A stretch of 63,187 nt of DNA, counting the filler, from Sluysia triapertura (taxonomy: Eukaryota), in assembly GCA_046118255.1 (NCBI GenBank). It is 4 parts of 4 records of this genome, joined end to end, with 100 filler letters (N's around TTAATTAATTAA, not from the genome) between each part and the next. Parts side by side here need not be neighbours in the genome. Positions count along the whole stretch, not along the records: positions 32,360 to 49,946 come from JBJNIA010187168.1; positions 50,047 to 63,187 come from JBJNIA010057103.1; 2 more parts are not named here. One strand, given 5' to 3'. Under the pieces are notes generated by a model, which ran no database searches, was not told the origin of the DNA, and worked only from the letters and a program-made list of their open reading frames with translations. The translations under genes were made by a program, and so were the position numbers. Below are positions 39,290 through 51,619 of this stretch, in pieces; the first letter of the stretch is position 1, and every line of letters begins with the position of its first letter.

Positions 39290-39575
39290 ACGTCCTTATA
39301 ATTTTCTTGAAATAAAACATATTTAAAAATAACAGGTTTATCTTTATAGACTTTATAAAATGAAACACATTCTACAATAACACGTTCATCTTTATAAACT
39401 TTATGAAATAAAACACATTTTAGAATAACATGTTTATCTTTATAGACTTTATGAAATGAAACATATTTTAAAATAACATGTTCATCTTTATAAACTTTAT
39501 GGAATGAAAAACATTTTAAAACATGTTTATCTTTACAAACTTTATGGAATGAAACATATTCTAAAATAACATCGT
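39290..39575. repeat. 48-bp tandem repeat, about 6 diverged copies
   Basis: Unit ~AAAATAACATGTT(C/T)ATCTTTATAAACTTTATGGAATGAAACATATTTT, which reads as a 16-aa repeat in ORF 39277-39591 (-). Confidence 0.9.
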
Positions 39576-40036
39576 CATTTTCTGTATTCAAACAGAGTCA
39601 CCACAGAGGCGCTATTAAGCATACCTTTAACGAAAGACACTGCAACTTCAGCAAACGAGTCCTTGAGTCCAACGTTCGATAGCAAAAAGTATATCTCGTA
39701 TAAATCAAAAAACGGTTCTTTTACATTTGTTGCAGCTGGTGATATCAATAGTGATAAACTTTGAAATATAACATCATAACATTTTAATGATTTGACCTGC
39801 ACACCAACTGGCAGTAAAGAATGAAGACTTTGTAATAGACATTTGCCACTGATCTGTTTTCTTAGAATAGCAATAGATTTTGTGTTAGCCTGTAAGCCTC
39901 TAATCAACTTTGTTAAATTAGTTATTAAATCAGCCGATTGTATTGAATATTCAAAGTCATTGAGACATCTTTCAACTTGGTTTACATAGTTTCGAAATTT
40001 ACCATCATTTTAATAACGTGCCTCATCCAGATTCAT
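39575..40036 (-). pseudogene. DOP1: Dopey/DOP1 N-terminal domain pseudogene fragment
   Basis: MNLDEARY*NDGKFRNYVNQVERCLNDFEYSIQSADLITNLTKL...ISGKCLLQSLHSLLPVGVQVKSLKCYDVIF...PAATNVKEPFFDLYEIYFL follows the Dopey_N consensus (KYRNYV..IDKALKNFEYSSEWADLI, KRLAQCLHPALPGGVH.KALETYEIIF). It has an in-frame TAA at 40012-40010 and an apparent internal deletion. Confidence 0.85.
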
Positions 40037-41159
40037 TTCAAAAAATTTTAAAAAGGTGACAGAAAAATTATACTGATACCATTTTTCAAGGAAGCACGAC
40101 CAATTTATATAGTTTAATTTTTTAACAATATAAAAATAATAAAAATGATAATAATAGCAGCAATAATAATGATAATGTGTGTGTACAAAATAAACAACAT
40201 ATAAAGAGTAAGTTTGCATTTCAAAAAAATTGATGTTTATTTCGATACATTTTGCTAAGTAAATCTTTTTAAAAGCTAGACACTTATTTTGCTTATCATT
40301 ATTCATTATGTACTTAAAACATAATAAAATAGAATGTATATAAAATATCTATATTAGAGGCATGCCAAAAATAAGTTAATAGATAAGAAATATATAAGAA
40401 ATTATAAATTTTTGTATTAAAATTAACACGATAAGCTTTGAAATAATAAAGATCAAAAAACAAATTTATCAAATATTAGGCCGAAAGTCATGAGTTTCAC
40501 AATCCTTGATAAATTCTATATCCATAAACCGATGAATAGGAGTTATTTGACGAATGTGTCCACAGCATCTGATAAACTGTTGAACAATATAGAATATGAA
40601 ATGTTAAACGACCCTGATCATACTGTAGTATAATTTAGATTTATTAAAATCAGTCTTGCGCAACATTTGGTTGCTTATGTTTTCTTTATGAGATTTTATT
40701 TTCATTGCTAAAGTTTTGTCATATTTTTATTTTTGATGAAACTCACTCATAATGCATAAAAGAGAATGCGATTATCATTTTGATGACACTGATTAAATTA
40801 GACTCTTAGCTCATGTCCAAAAACTGATTCGAAATCCATTTTTACGAAACTGAAGTATTCGTTGAGATTATAATTTACATGATTGAAATGTGTACTAAAT
40901 AGAATTAGATTACTTTTCCTTTGCCTTTTAAGGTCAACTAAGAGTTCCGTGGAATGTCAATAAATACCAATTACTGGTTTTGTAATTACAACAAATGTGG
41001 ATCGAACAATAGATACGAAAGAAATGATATATGACGTGCACTGAAACACTATTTGAATACCAATGATTTCCAAGATCGTCTACTTCGGAATTAGACATTG
41101 TTTATTCTCATACTTACTGATCTTATAATTGATTCTTTTACCGTAATTACATTTACTAT

Positions 41160-41319
41160 TGTTAGACTTCGTAAAATGGACTGATCGGGGATCGAACCCG
41201 GGACCATCGTCTGCGCAGTCGGACTGCTCTACCACTGAGCTATCAGCCCCGTCTAACAATTCCACTTTCAATACGTTCAACCACACTACTTGGCACTTTA
41301 TAGGCCTTTTACCCCAACA
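41160..41319 (-). mobile_element. 160-bp solo-LTR-like element containing a tRNA-like unit; TSD CTAT
   Basis: Minus strand TGTTGGGGTAAAAGGCCT...GAAGTCTAACA. CTAT lies at 41156-41159 and 41320-41323. Confidence 0.9.
41177..41249 (-). tRNA. tRNA-like sequence (pseudo-tRNA, isotype not assignable)
   Basis: Acceptor GGGCTGA/TCAGTCC, D arm GCTC/GAGC with A box TAGCTCAGTGG, T arm with B box GGTTCGATCCC, followed by TTTT. The anticodon arm is non-canonical. Confidence 0.75.
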
Positions 41320-43796
41320 CTATCATTTAAACAAAAAATAGTTTTATACATCTAACATAAAAAATCATATTTGTTACATAATTATGCAAAAGCGATAATC
41401 GACAATGATGGTAGCATAATTTTCATTGGGGTTACATAATCACATTTCCAATGACAGTTAACTTCTTATTTACAGTTTGAAGAATGCACAAAAAAATAAT
41501 GTGGCTTTTGTTAAAACTAATGTTATCACAATTATTATAATTATTATTATATTAATATTATTACAAATTGTTTAATTTAATTTAACTAATATTTGCAAGA
41601 TGATCTTATAACCATTTATTTTAACGAAATACGGTCCAAAAAAGCATATTTAAAACCTCAATGCAACACAAAGAGTAAACATAAATTTAAACATGTAATA
41701 TGCAAACACTCATCAAAACTCTTATTCTCAAAAATAACCTTACAACTCTTTATAATTAGTCAAAGAAGATTAATAAGAGAATTAAAAAAGAGAAGTTCAA
41801 TACATAAATACTCCTTAATCATATAAATTCTCATTCACCTTCAGCCTCAAACATTCACATTTCAGAATGTCAAGTCATATATAATCCACTAGATTACTTA
41901 ATAATCACCTTCAAAAATAATCAAACAATTCTCTGTTTCGAATATTAAAAAATATCAAATTATGCAAAGATCTTGTTTTTTAAAAGATAAATAAATTTGA
42001 TGATTTTAAATAATAATAATAATTCAAGCAAGACGGCCGAAAGTGCCAATTCTGATCTCATCGGAGAAAGATATTTTGTATATTTATAGAAATACACAAA
42101 TTAAATTCATTACGTAACACAACAAATAAATTCTATTTGTATAAATTAAATCCGTATTATATTTCCAGTTATAATCTAATCAATAACGAATTTTAGATAA
42201 AATATATTTATTTTAATGTTAAGTGAAAATTCGCAAAAAGTAATGTATGGATCTGATCCTGCATTATCAGCTATTAATCCGAAATATATTGTAGTTGACA
42301 TACATTGTTTAACTGTGGAAGTAATTATACGATTTTTATATGAAGTTAGAATAATTGAAGGTGTTAGTGGTATCCCAACATGTATTGAATGATGTATAAG
42401 CGATGATGATTGATTTTAGTTGGTCAATTCAGTGGTCAAATTGATTTGATACGCATTCAGATATAGATAATTGACGGTGTTATGATTACAAATGAAGCAG
42501 AAATATTTTGAAATTATGAAAATGTATTAGTAATTAATGCTGTTTGGCATCCAACAATCTGGAATGCTTCAGTAACATCAGGTAGAAATAAGTTGTATGA
42601 GAGGGTTCTTCTCAATATACTCATTTGGTTATGAGGGATACAAATACTTAAGATAAATTAATTGATATTCAATTGTTATTTGACTTCTTAAATAGTTTCT
42701 CGTTTCTCGGGTGATTGATTTAATAATGTCTCTATTTAATCCATTAGGAGATTGTCATAAATTTATTATTAAACAAATTAACGGTTTTTTGTCTAAATTT
42801 TATAACTGTAATAGTTTTCTATTACATTTTATAAAACGAGACGCCCGCAAATTGTAAATAAAATTAATAAAAAATTGTTAACGAATTGAAAATAAGTTTA
42901 ATTGAAAAGTTAGATATCAAGAATCCTGTATTCAGGCAAGTATTTAAAATAGATTCAAATAAAGAATAACGATTAGGTCATAATTGCTAATATAGCAGTA
43001 TATTACTTAACAAGAAATATAATAAAAGATGAATTAGAACAATTAAGTATTTGCTACAATAACATCGCTTTAATAGATTTGTGTAAAGTATGCGTAAATA
43101 TTAACGAGGTTTCATGTACTATAACCTCCACAAAAGTTATACCAAACTCATTATTCTTACACAAAATTGCAAACTTTATAGGCTAGAAGTTACTTTTATC
43201 AACTGATGCGTCGGGTGAAAAATGACATCATTCTAAAGACGGGAAACTTTATAAATTGAATATTGAATGCCGTAAACGATTTAGATGGAAATGTTTATAA
43301 TGTATAGGATTGATGTAGAATGATGTTTGAAAATTAATAGAATTGTGACATGTTGAGGTAATAGATGTTTTGCATTGTAATTGTTAAAATTATAAGTTAA
43401 AGGCTGGACTACGACAATATTAATACAAGTTATAAAATATTTAAATAACAATGAAATAATACATTATATATATAATTTTATAATTCTGTAAAGTTCATAG
43501 AATAATCGTTAATTTTCAAAATTTGAATTTCTCGATAGAAAAAAATATATAGAGCCACAAAATAATGAGAATGTAGCCACGGATTGTCCATCATTGATTC
43601 AATGTATTACGTTAGTACTGTAACTGTTAATAAAGGAATTGTGGTAGAACATTATCTATTGTTATTAAATTAACTCGTTTTATAATCTTCGTGCTGCTAA
43701 ATTTTCTTCAATGTTTAATAAATTGATATTTTGAAAACAGATACTTTTCTTAGGTCATCTTACATTTTCATGCCTAAATAATTTTTAGTCCGAATT

Positions 43797-43910
43797 TGCT
43801 GAAGTATAAGCCGAAAAGTTCCGATTAAAGAAATTGTATATTTGACTATAATGGCAATAAATTGTTAGACTAGGCTAATAACTTAAGCGGTCAAGGGCAA
43901 AAAGGTCCTA
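43797..43910 (+). mobile_element. Highly degenerate copy of the tRNA-containing element
   Basis: GACTATAATGGCAATAAATTGTTAGACTAGGCTAATAACTTAAGCGG aligns with GACTATAATAAAATAAATTTGTTAGACGGGGCTGATAGCTCAGTGG. Confidence 0.5.

Positions 43911-43979
<69 letters not shown>
43911..43979. repeat. (AAT)n microsatellite, ~23 units
   Basis: Perfect trinucleotide run. Confidence 0.97.
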
Positions 43980-43980
<1 letters not shown>

Positions 43981-44844
43981 TGTGGAATTTTAATAATAAT
44001 TTATTTACATATGTCACAAATTCAATTTGTTTATAATGGTTATGATATGCACTTTTAGTGCAATCAATATGATCGAGATGCACTAATATATTCATTAAGA
44101 AATTTCTGAATGTAAATGAAATTTGTTTAATTTTATTACTTAAATAATAAAATTCTTTTTATAATATTTATGTAATTGTTAATTTTAAATATTAAAAAAT
44201 ATCATTGAGTGATTGTAGCGAAAAAATAATTATTTTCACATGAGAAAATTATCATTTGTTATGTTAAAATGTCTCAAGGTGCCAACTTTTAGATGATTTG
44301 TAGTTAGTTAGTAAAAGTTTAACTACTAATTTTTAATCAATCGAAAAGTAATTATCTAAATGAATTAAAAAATATGTTTTAGTAAGACATTTTTCTCTGT
44401 ATGTGATTTGAATGTACAATGTTTATGACTTATTTGACATATTAACAGAAAAACTTCTGCAGATCATGAGAAATAGTAATTATGAAAAAAATTAATGTTT
44501 AGGAAGTATGAGATTGAATAATATAAAAAAGTTGATGTTCGAATTTCGAATTTCAAACAATTTCGTTTGAAAAACTAATATGTAAAGTATCATTATTATG
44601 AACTTGAACTTATATTTGTCAATAATAATTTATATTTATACAATAATGATTTCGATGAAGAATTTTATCACTAATCGAACTTAAATTTGTACTGTAATCT
44701 TAGCATGAAATAACTATAAATTGTCTTAAAATCATATTTTAAGTAATACTTATTAATTCTTTTTCTGTCTTGATATAAGTAACTTATGACAATATATTTT
44801 AAAAAATTCAGTGATTCATAAAGATGACTAAGGTTTATTTCATA

Positions 44845-44876
44845 CTAGCTGTGTACCCGTTCACGCGTTGCTGTAT
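44845..44876 (-). mobile_element. Helitron-like 3' terminus
   Basis: Minus strand ACAGCAACGCGTGAACGGGTACACAGCTAG|T: a GC-rich imperfect hairpin region, then CTAG, then T. Confidence 0.5.
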
Positions 44877-45779
44877 TAAAAATCTGAACAAAAAGGCAGT
44901 TTTGATACATCAAACACAATTTATTAAGATCAAATGTATATAATATATCAAAATAAAAACTAACAATTAAATTATCCTTACATATATGTCATTTGAATAT
45001 AACATATGTAAAATTTAACAGAATTAAATATAAAATATTAAATATTAAATAATTAATCTTACATGCTTTCAAGTACTCTGCAGTAGATATTAAGTATTGC
45101 GAAGTGCGTGGTTGGAACGATTCGAAAAGTGTCATTTGCTTTGTTAAAGGAATTTATAGATTAGACTATGTATGAATGATTTCGCAGAAATTATGAATAA
45201 GTGATAAATAATTTATTTATTTGGATTGTTGAAAGTATAAATTGAAAGTTTGTTGATGAATTAAGTTTGATAGAAGTATTATAATGTTAATAATATGCTG
45301 TTTGCATGTATTTATGTGATTATTTATTTATACGTACATGAAATATTGAAAATTATTTATAGACATTGTTTATTGATTATTTTGTGTAAAATTATTTATA
45401 AATATTAATTTCTTTTTGAAAATCTATATTGAAATTTTGAAAATCTATTCAGATTTTATTTAACATGTAAGTAATTTTATTCAACATTTTCAAATATTTT
45501 ATTTAATTGAAAATATAACTTTGTTTAAATTATTAAATTAATTAAACTACCCAAGGTCAGTTCCAGAATAGTATATGAGATAGTAATTTTTACAACATAA
45601 ACACAATCTTGTAAAAGTATAATCTTTAGAAAAGTCTAATTTCGGAAAATTCAAGGAACTGATTTCTTTTTGAAATTCTAAATATCTATCGTGCACGTAA
45701 CTCATAAAAACTTCTTGTTTATTTTCGAATCTATATTTGTTTAAATCTAATCCAGTAATATAAAATTCTCGAAGCATTG

Positions 45780-47070
45780 CATTATTTTCTTCGTCAATAA
45801 TTAATTTAAGATATTTTTCATCTTCTTCATCGCTACTTATTTCTCTTCTTGGTTCTCTTCTATTCTTATTTCTTTCTTTCCATATTGATATTCGTCTTCG
45901 TCATCATCTCCACATTCATTTTTGTTATTTCTATATTCCTTTTGATTTCTATTGTTACAATTTATTTGTCCCTTATTACTCATTGTTATCATCATTAAGC
46001 CTTAATTTCCTATTAAGGCTTTGGCATCTTTGCTGTTGTTGGCTACTTGCTCTTGTAAAGTCTTGAGTAAACACATTCTACCTTAGTTATCTGCAATCCC
46101 TTGCGCAGTGTCCTTTTTTTATTACAGTTGTCACAGATTATCTTTCCATCTATATTAGTTTGAGTCTTATTATTGTTTTCATATCTTAATGGACTATTAC
46201 TTCTGTTCCTATTAAAGTTAGAACTAGGTGGCCATCTTGGTGCTGGTCTTTGCTCATAATTAGATGCACCATAATTACATGTTCTAATATTTTGAAATCT
46301 TCTACTTGTATTATTTCCTCTGTAATTGTTTGAATTATAATTATTTGAAAAACCTCTACGTGGGCTATTAAATCTCTTCTAATTACTATTTCGATTATTG
46401 TTGTAATTATTACCATGGTTTGAGGAACTATTCATATATCTATTATCATTATAATTATCAAAATTATCTTTATTTCTTGGGAATTTTGGGCTTTTGTCTC
46501 GCTTATATTTGTCATCATTATCACTTATATAATCAATATTATCTCTATCCATTTTATAAGACCTTTCTATGCTTCTTAATTTTTTAATTATTTCCTTAGA
46601 GGTTTACCTTCCATTAACGTAATATATGTTCTTAATTCTGGACGAAGACCAATTTTCAATTTAGCTAATAATGTAGTTTCCTTTTTATCATCAGGGACTT
46701 TTGCCTGGCAACAAGGCTTTTAAGAGCGCATGTGAACTTGTATATAGTTTTATTTGGTTTTTGTTCACTTAAATTTAATTTCTTTGTATATTTTGCAATG
46801 ACATCGAGGGCTATCTCCTCGGGTAAAAGCATTCACAAATGCATTCCAAGATTGCTTATCAATATTACTTATTTCCTTATAGGTTTGAATTGCTACTCCT
46901 GTTAAATAATTTGAATTTTTTCAATTTCGTTCCAACGATTTGCTTCGACTATACTTTCATATTCAAAAAGAAAATCACATAGGTCTTCCGCTGCTCCATT
47001 AAATTTTCCCAATTCAGGTAAAGTTAGTGTAGGACGTATCTATTTTGCTAAATGTTAGATAAAGCCATAT
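45780..47070 (-). pseudogene. gag: Gag with capsid-like region and CCHC zinc knuckle
   Basis: LPELGKFNGAAEDLCDFLFEYESIVEANRWNEIEK, YLTGVAIQTY, LKIGLRPELRTYI, an N/R-rich linker, and C-D-N-C-N-K-K-G-H-C-A-R-D-C at ~46135-46093 (1-nt frameshift in the A run). Confidence 0.9.
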
Positions 47071-47337
47071 AATTTCTTAATTTTGCTCTATAATCGTCGT
47101 ATAATACTATTTGTTTATCTATTTTTACTTAAAACTCACGGAAAGTATAATCTTTATAAAATTAATAATGACTTAGGGTATAGTAATTTATTCAAATATC
47201 GTAATAAAATTCTAATTACTCTTGAGCTTGTAACTATGTCAAAGCTTTTTCTTGAATACTAGTTTCTTAAATTCTTTTTAAATGCTTAAAACTTGAAATT
47301 TATTATTAATTCTCATAAACTGGTCCTCACATATATG

Positions 47338-47375
47338 GTGAGTTCATCAACGGCCTAGACTAGCCGTTGGATTTT
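47338..47375 (-). repeat. Leader-hairpin motif family copy (short loop), ~300 bp upstream of gag
   Basis: Minus strand AAAATCCAACGGCTAGTCTAGGCCGTTGATGAACTCAC, with stem CAACGGC/GCCGTTG. Confidence 0.75.
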
Positions 47376-50046
47376 AGAAACACTTAAGTACAGGAGGTCA
47401 AATGCAAAAATCGATATTCTTATAAGGGATCTAGTAAATTATTTATGTAGTTTATGATATTGAATTTTACGACGATTCCGTTAAAAGGATTCCAAAAAGA
47501 TATTTTACGTTCCGAAAAATTTCGGCGGAACGTATAACGTTAATTTTAGGTATTTTAAATTTATTCAAAAAAACAAAAGTTGTATCACTAAAGTATATTA
47601 TAATACAAAGAGGTTACAGTAACATTAAAATAAAATTATAGCTATAATGAAATTATAAAATAAAATTACAAAATTAACTCAAAAACAGTTAATTCAATGA
47701 TTAAATATTTTAATAATGATTTTACGAAGAAACTATTAAAAAGTTCCACAGTTGATTACAAAATTAAAATTAAGTTAAATGTTACTCTGTACCTATCAGG
47801 TACGAATAATAAACTACAAAATAAACCAATAAAAATAATAAACTAACGATTGACTAATTTAAATATTCAAAAAGAAATCAGTTCCTTGAATTTTCCGAAA
47901 TCAGACTTTTCTAAAGATTATATTTTTACAAGATTGTGTTTATGTTGTAAAAATTACTATCTCATATACTATTCTGGAACTGACCTTAGCTAGTTTAATT
48001 AATTTAATAATTTAAACAAAGTTATATTTTCAATTAAATAAAATGTTTGAAAATGTTGAATAAAATTACTTATATGTTAAATAAAATCCGAATAGATTTT
48101 CAAAATTTCAATGTAGATTTTCGAAAAGAAATTAATATTTATAAATAATTTTACACAAAATAATCAATAAACAATGTCTAAAAATAATTTTCAATATTCA
48201 TATAAATAATCACATAAATACATACAAACAGCATATTATTATTAACAATAAGCATGATATTTTATTACATATAATGATTTTGTATCAATATAAAATACGC
48301 CTAATATAAAGTTTTTGTAAAACTGATATTAAAAGTATTGAAATGTATAGAAAATGTAGAACGAATGTTGAATGTAATCTGTTTAAATCGTATAATCCGC
48401 ACAATAAAACTACAACTTTGTTTCTGAGCTACCATAATAATTATAATAATTAATTTCAAATGCGAAAAATTATTTAAAAAATTAATATTTTTTATTTTTT
48501 GAAGGGCCTTGCAGTGTTAGTTTCGTTTGAAAATAAATTATTTTATCTCAAATGTAATAAAAAATATATGGTATTTTTAAATTAATTTAAAATTTAACTT
48601 GTGAAATGTAATTAATAATAATAATAATAATATAATTATCATTATAATAGTAATAATAATGATAATAATATTATAATTAAAGATTATTAATCTTTCTTTA
48701 ATTCATTTTTTAAAAAGTTTTTCTGAAAGCAATATGAATATATTCAAGGTTTTCAATTTCTGATTAAATTAAAATATTAGTTTGTATTAAACATGAAGAT
48801 GGATGACCTACTAAAAAATTAATTAAAATACATTCGAAAAAATAATCCGAAGAAACTTCTAGAACAAATTACAGTCGTTTTAAATTAATTTAAACAAGTA
48901 ATATCAAAGATATTGGATTAAGTATCTGAAACGTAAATCAAAGGATGCTTCAATATTTCTAAATAAAAGTGAACGTTGTTAATTGTTGATAAATGTCAGT
49001 TATCAATAACTTGATAGGATAATTTTGTTATGACAACTTCATTTAGATGGTATTGACCCGATAAGCCACAAAGAGAGTGCAATGGGATATATAGGTATTA
49101 TGCGATATTTTTGAAAACGGTTTGCAAAATTGATGAATAATTTACGGCAATTAAAATACCAATGATAAAAGAAAGGCATTCAATTTCTATCAAAATAATG
49201 CAAGGTAATTGTGTATGAATTAGGAGCAAATAAGTTATGGATATTTCTCTTTTATAAAGTACACATGGAACGATATGGATAAAAATAGATTTTACAATCA
49301 ATAAATTAAACTACAAAAAATAAATGTCATTATTAAATGTCATCATTAATTACAGTGGTATTAAATTATTAAATATTTTATTTTTCTACATTTGTTAAAA
49401 ATTAATGGTGGTTCAAAATAATTCTATATACATATTTTTCATATGTTATGCTAATTTTATATTTTCTTATGAAAACAAAACATTAATATATTGAAATTCA
49501 AGTGTCAACTAACGCATCGTCATGTAAAACTTATTGAAAACGATTGTGCTTAATAGAAATATAGGCCATTTTAAGCACACTCGCAATTATATATATATAT
49601 AAGGATAATGCATTTTTTTACATCATTTTAATTTTACGAATCAGTGTTTACTGACTAGAAAGGTCAGTAGTTAAGATATTGTTAAGATATTCGCAAATCA
49701 ATAAAAATTTAATACACATTTAAAATAAAATAAGTTTGTAATAAAGTTCATGACTTGACCACCAGAGTGCAGCCACCAGTAAATACTTAACCCTTTGACT
49801 ACCAATGAAACGATAGGTCCCACAGAAACTATGTTCTACATCAGTGGGTTAAAAGTAGCTTTAAACAGTCTAACAGATCGTCCCAATGGTTGTGTAGTGT
49901 TTATTGAATGACGTGAAATCAGCTGGTCGGTTACATTTTTTCAATTNNNNNNNNNNNNNNNNNNNNNNNNNNNNNNNNNNNNNNNNNNNNTTAATTAATT
50001 AANNNNNNNNNNNNNNNNNNNNNNNNNNNNNNNNNNNNNNNNNNNN

Positions 50047-50520
50047 TCATGATGCTATAAAGATTGTAAAGCTTATCAAGTTAATGATACTATTTAATAC
50101 GACGTTGTCAGATAATCATGAATCAGAAATAAGATGTTTAAATGTTCATAAGAATCATGATGCTATAAAGATTGTAAAGCTTATCAAGTTAATGATACTA
50201 TTTAATACGACGTTGTCAGATAATCATGAATTAGAAATAAGATGTTTAAATGTTCATAAGAATCATGATGTCATAAAGATTATAAAGTTTATCAAATTAA
50301 TGATATCATTTAATACAATATCGCCAGATATTCATGAATTAGAAATAAGATGGCTAAATGTTCATAAGAAGCATGATGTTATAAAGAATATAAGGTTTAT
50401 CGAGTTAGTGATGTCATTTAATGCAATATTACTACGTAATCATGAATTAAAGACAAAGCAACTAAATCTTCATACGAATCGAGATGATATAAAGATTATA
50501 AAATTTATAAATTCAATGAC
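50047..50520 (+). repeat. 111-bp (37-codon) tandem repeat, 4+ copies, within ORF 50084-50857
   Basis: MILFNTTLSDNHExEIRCLNVHKNHDxIKIxKxIKL is repeated with divergence increasing 3'-wards. The array starts in the gap. Confidence 0.9.
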
Positions 50521-51409
50521 TCCGTACGATTCAATTCTAGAACTTTGTGATGAGTCAACGATAAAGCATTTCACAAAGTCAATAACTTCGTACAATTCAA
50601 GTCCTGAATTTAATGATGAATCAAATATAGAACATCGTATAGAGTTAACGATTATTGGTGATATTTGTACAAGTGCATCATACAAATTTAATGTTACTCG
50701 CCAAATCCAAGAAGGTTTGAGATCTACGAATACTAGCACACATCAAGTCGTACCGCATTCAATTAAAGGTAATGAATTCTTATTCAATCTGCATCCTTTT
50801 TTTGATGATATCCTGTATAAAATTTTGATTTTTGATAACTTATATTTAGAGAATTAGAAGGATCTTGGACCATGAAACTAGCAGAAGATCCGTATGAATA
50901 TTTTTGTAAAAAGGAAATACTAATTGATTTGTCAATAAACAATTATATATTTTGTTCTTACTATTTCAACTCCAAATTTATTAAGATATCTGATAATTTT
51001 ATTTCTCTGACTTTAAATTATGCTTACATTATAATACAATTATTACTAAAAGAAATAAAGATAACTGTTGTAACTAAATATGGTACCAATACCTATTATA
51101 CATACCTAAAACTTGTAACAAAAATAAGAAAAGTCTTTATAAACATAACCGATATTAAACGAGCTATATTATATACAAGATTAAAGATCTATCATATACA
51201 AATAAAACGAAATACGTTATTTTTTAAGAACTCAGAGTCAACACGAAACGAGTTTCAACATAAATATATCTATATAAGTTCTTTATTCAAAGATAATTCT
51301 GAAACATTCCGTTATACTACAAACATCTTTTATTCCTCTATTTCTATACTCAACTTAGTCTCACATGAAAACATTACTTCAAAATTAAAAATAACTAACA
51401 ACATAAAAC

Positions 51410-51575
51410 TATATAAACTCGGCCACAACACTTATGAAGTAATAAAAATAACATCAACCAATTTATATATTAAAAATCCAAACGATACGAATGCTGAGAC
51501 TTTTGTCGTACATGTAAATCGCTGCAAACTAGCACCTAAATAAGAATATAATTTAAGAAATAGAAAAGTAACAAA
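51410..51575 (+). pseudogene. Ty3/gypsy integrase C-terminal tail remnant
   Basis: TYEVIKITSTNLYIKNPNDTNAETFVVHVNRCK (GPY/F-module-like, ending VHVNRxK), followed in frame by *EYNLRNRK. Confidence 0.65.
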
Positions 51576-51619
51576 AATTATTCTAAAAGTGAAGCTAAGA
51601 ATCAAAGATAGAGACAAAT

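Larger units (their letters stand above)
45285..48247 (-). mobile_element. 2963-bp gag-only element with long inverted terminal repeats and 4-bp TSD (ATAA)
   Basis: 45285-45674 is the near-identical reverse complement of 47866-48247. Ends are TGTTAATAAT...ATTATTAACA, with ATAA at 45281-45284 and 48248-48251. Confidence 0.8.

Noticed and set aside
40010-40012. In-frame TAA in Dopey suggesting stop-codon reassignment
   Set aside because: Neighbouring remnants carry all three stop types plus frameshifts, while the intact exons have no internal stops. Ordinary decay explains it.
42050-43800. Possible cadherin-like or receptor exons on the minus strand (similar hints at 53170-53640 and 55320-55600)
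   Set aside because: No DRE/DxNDN motifs or consistent exon chain could be established by eye.
43883-44095. Poly-Leu ORF resembling a TM peptide
   Set aside because: It is the translation of the (AAT)n microsatellite.
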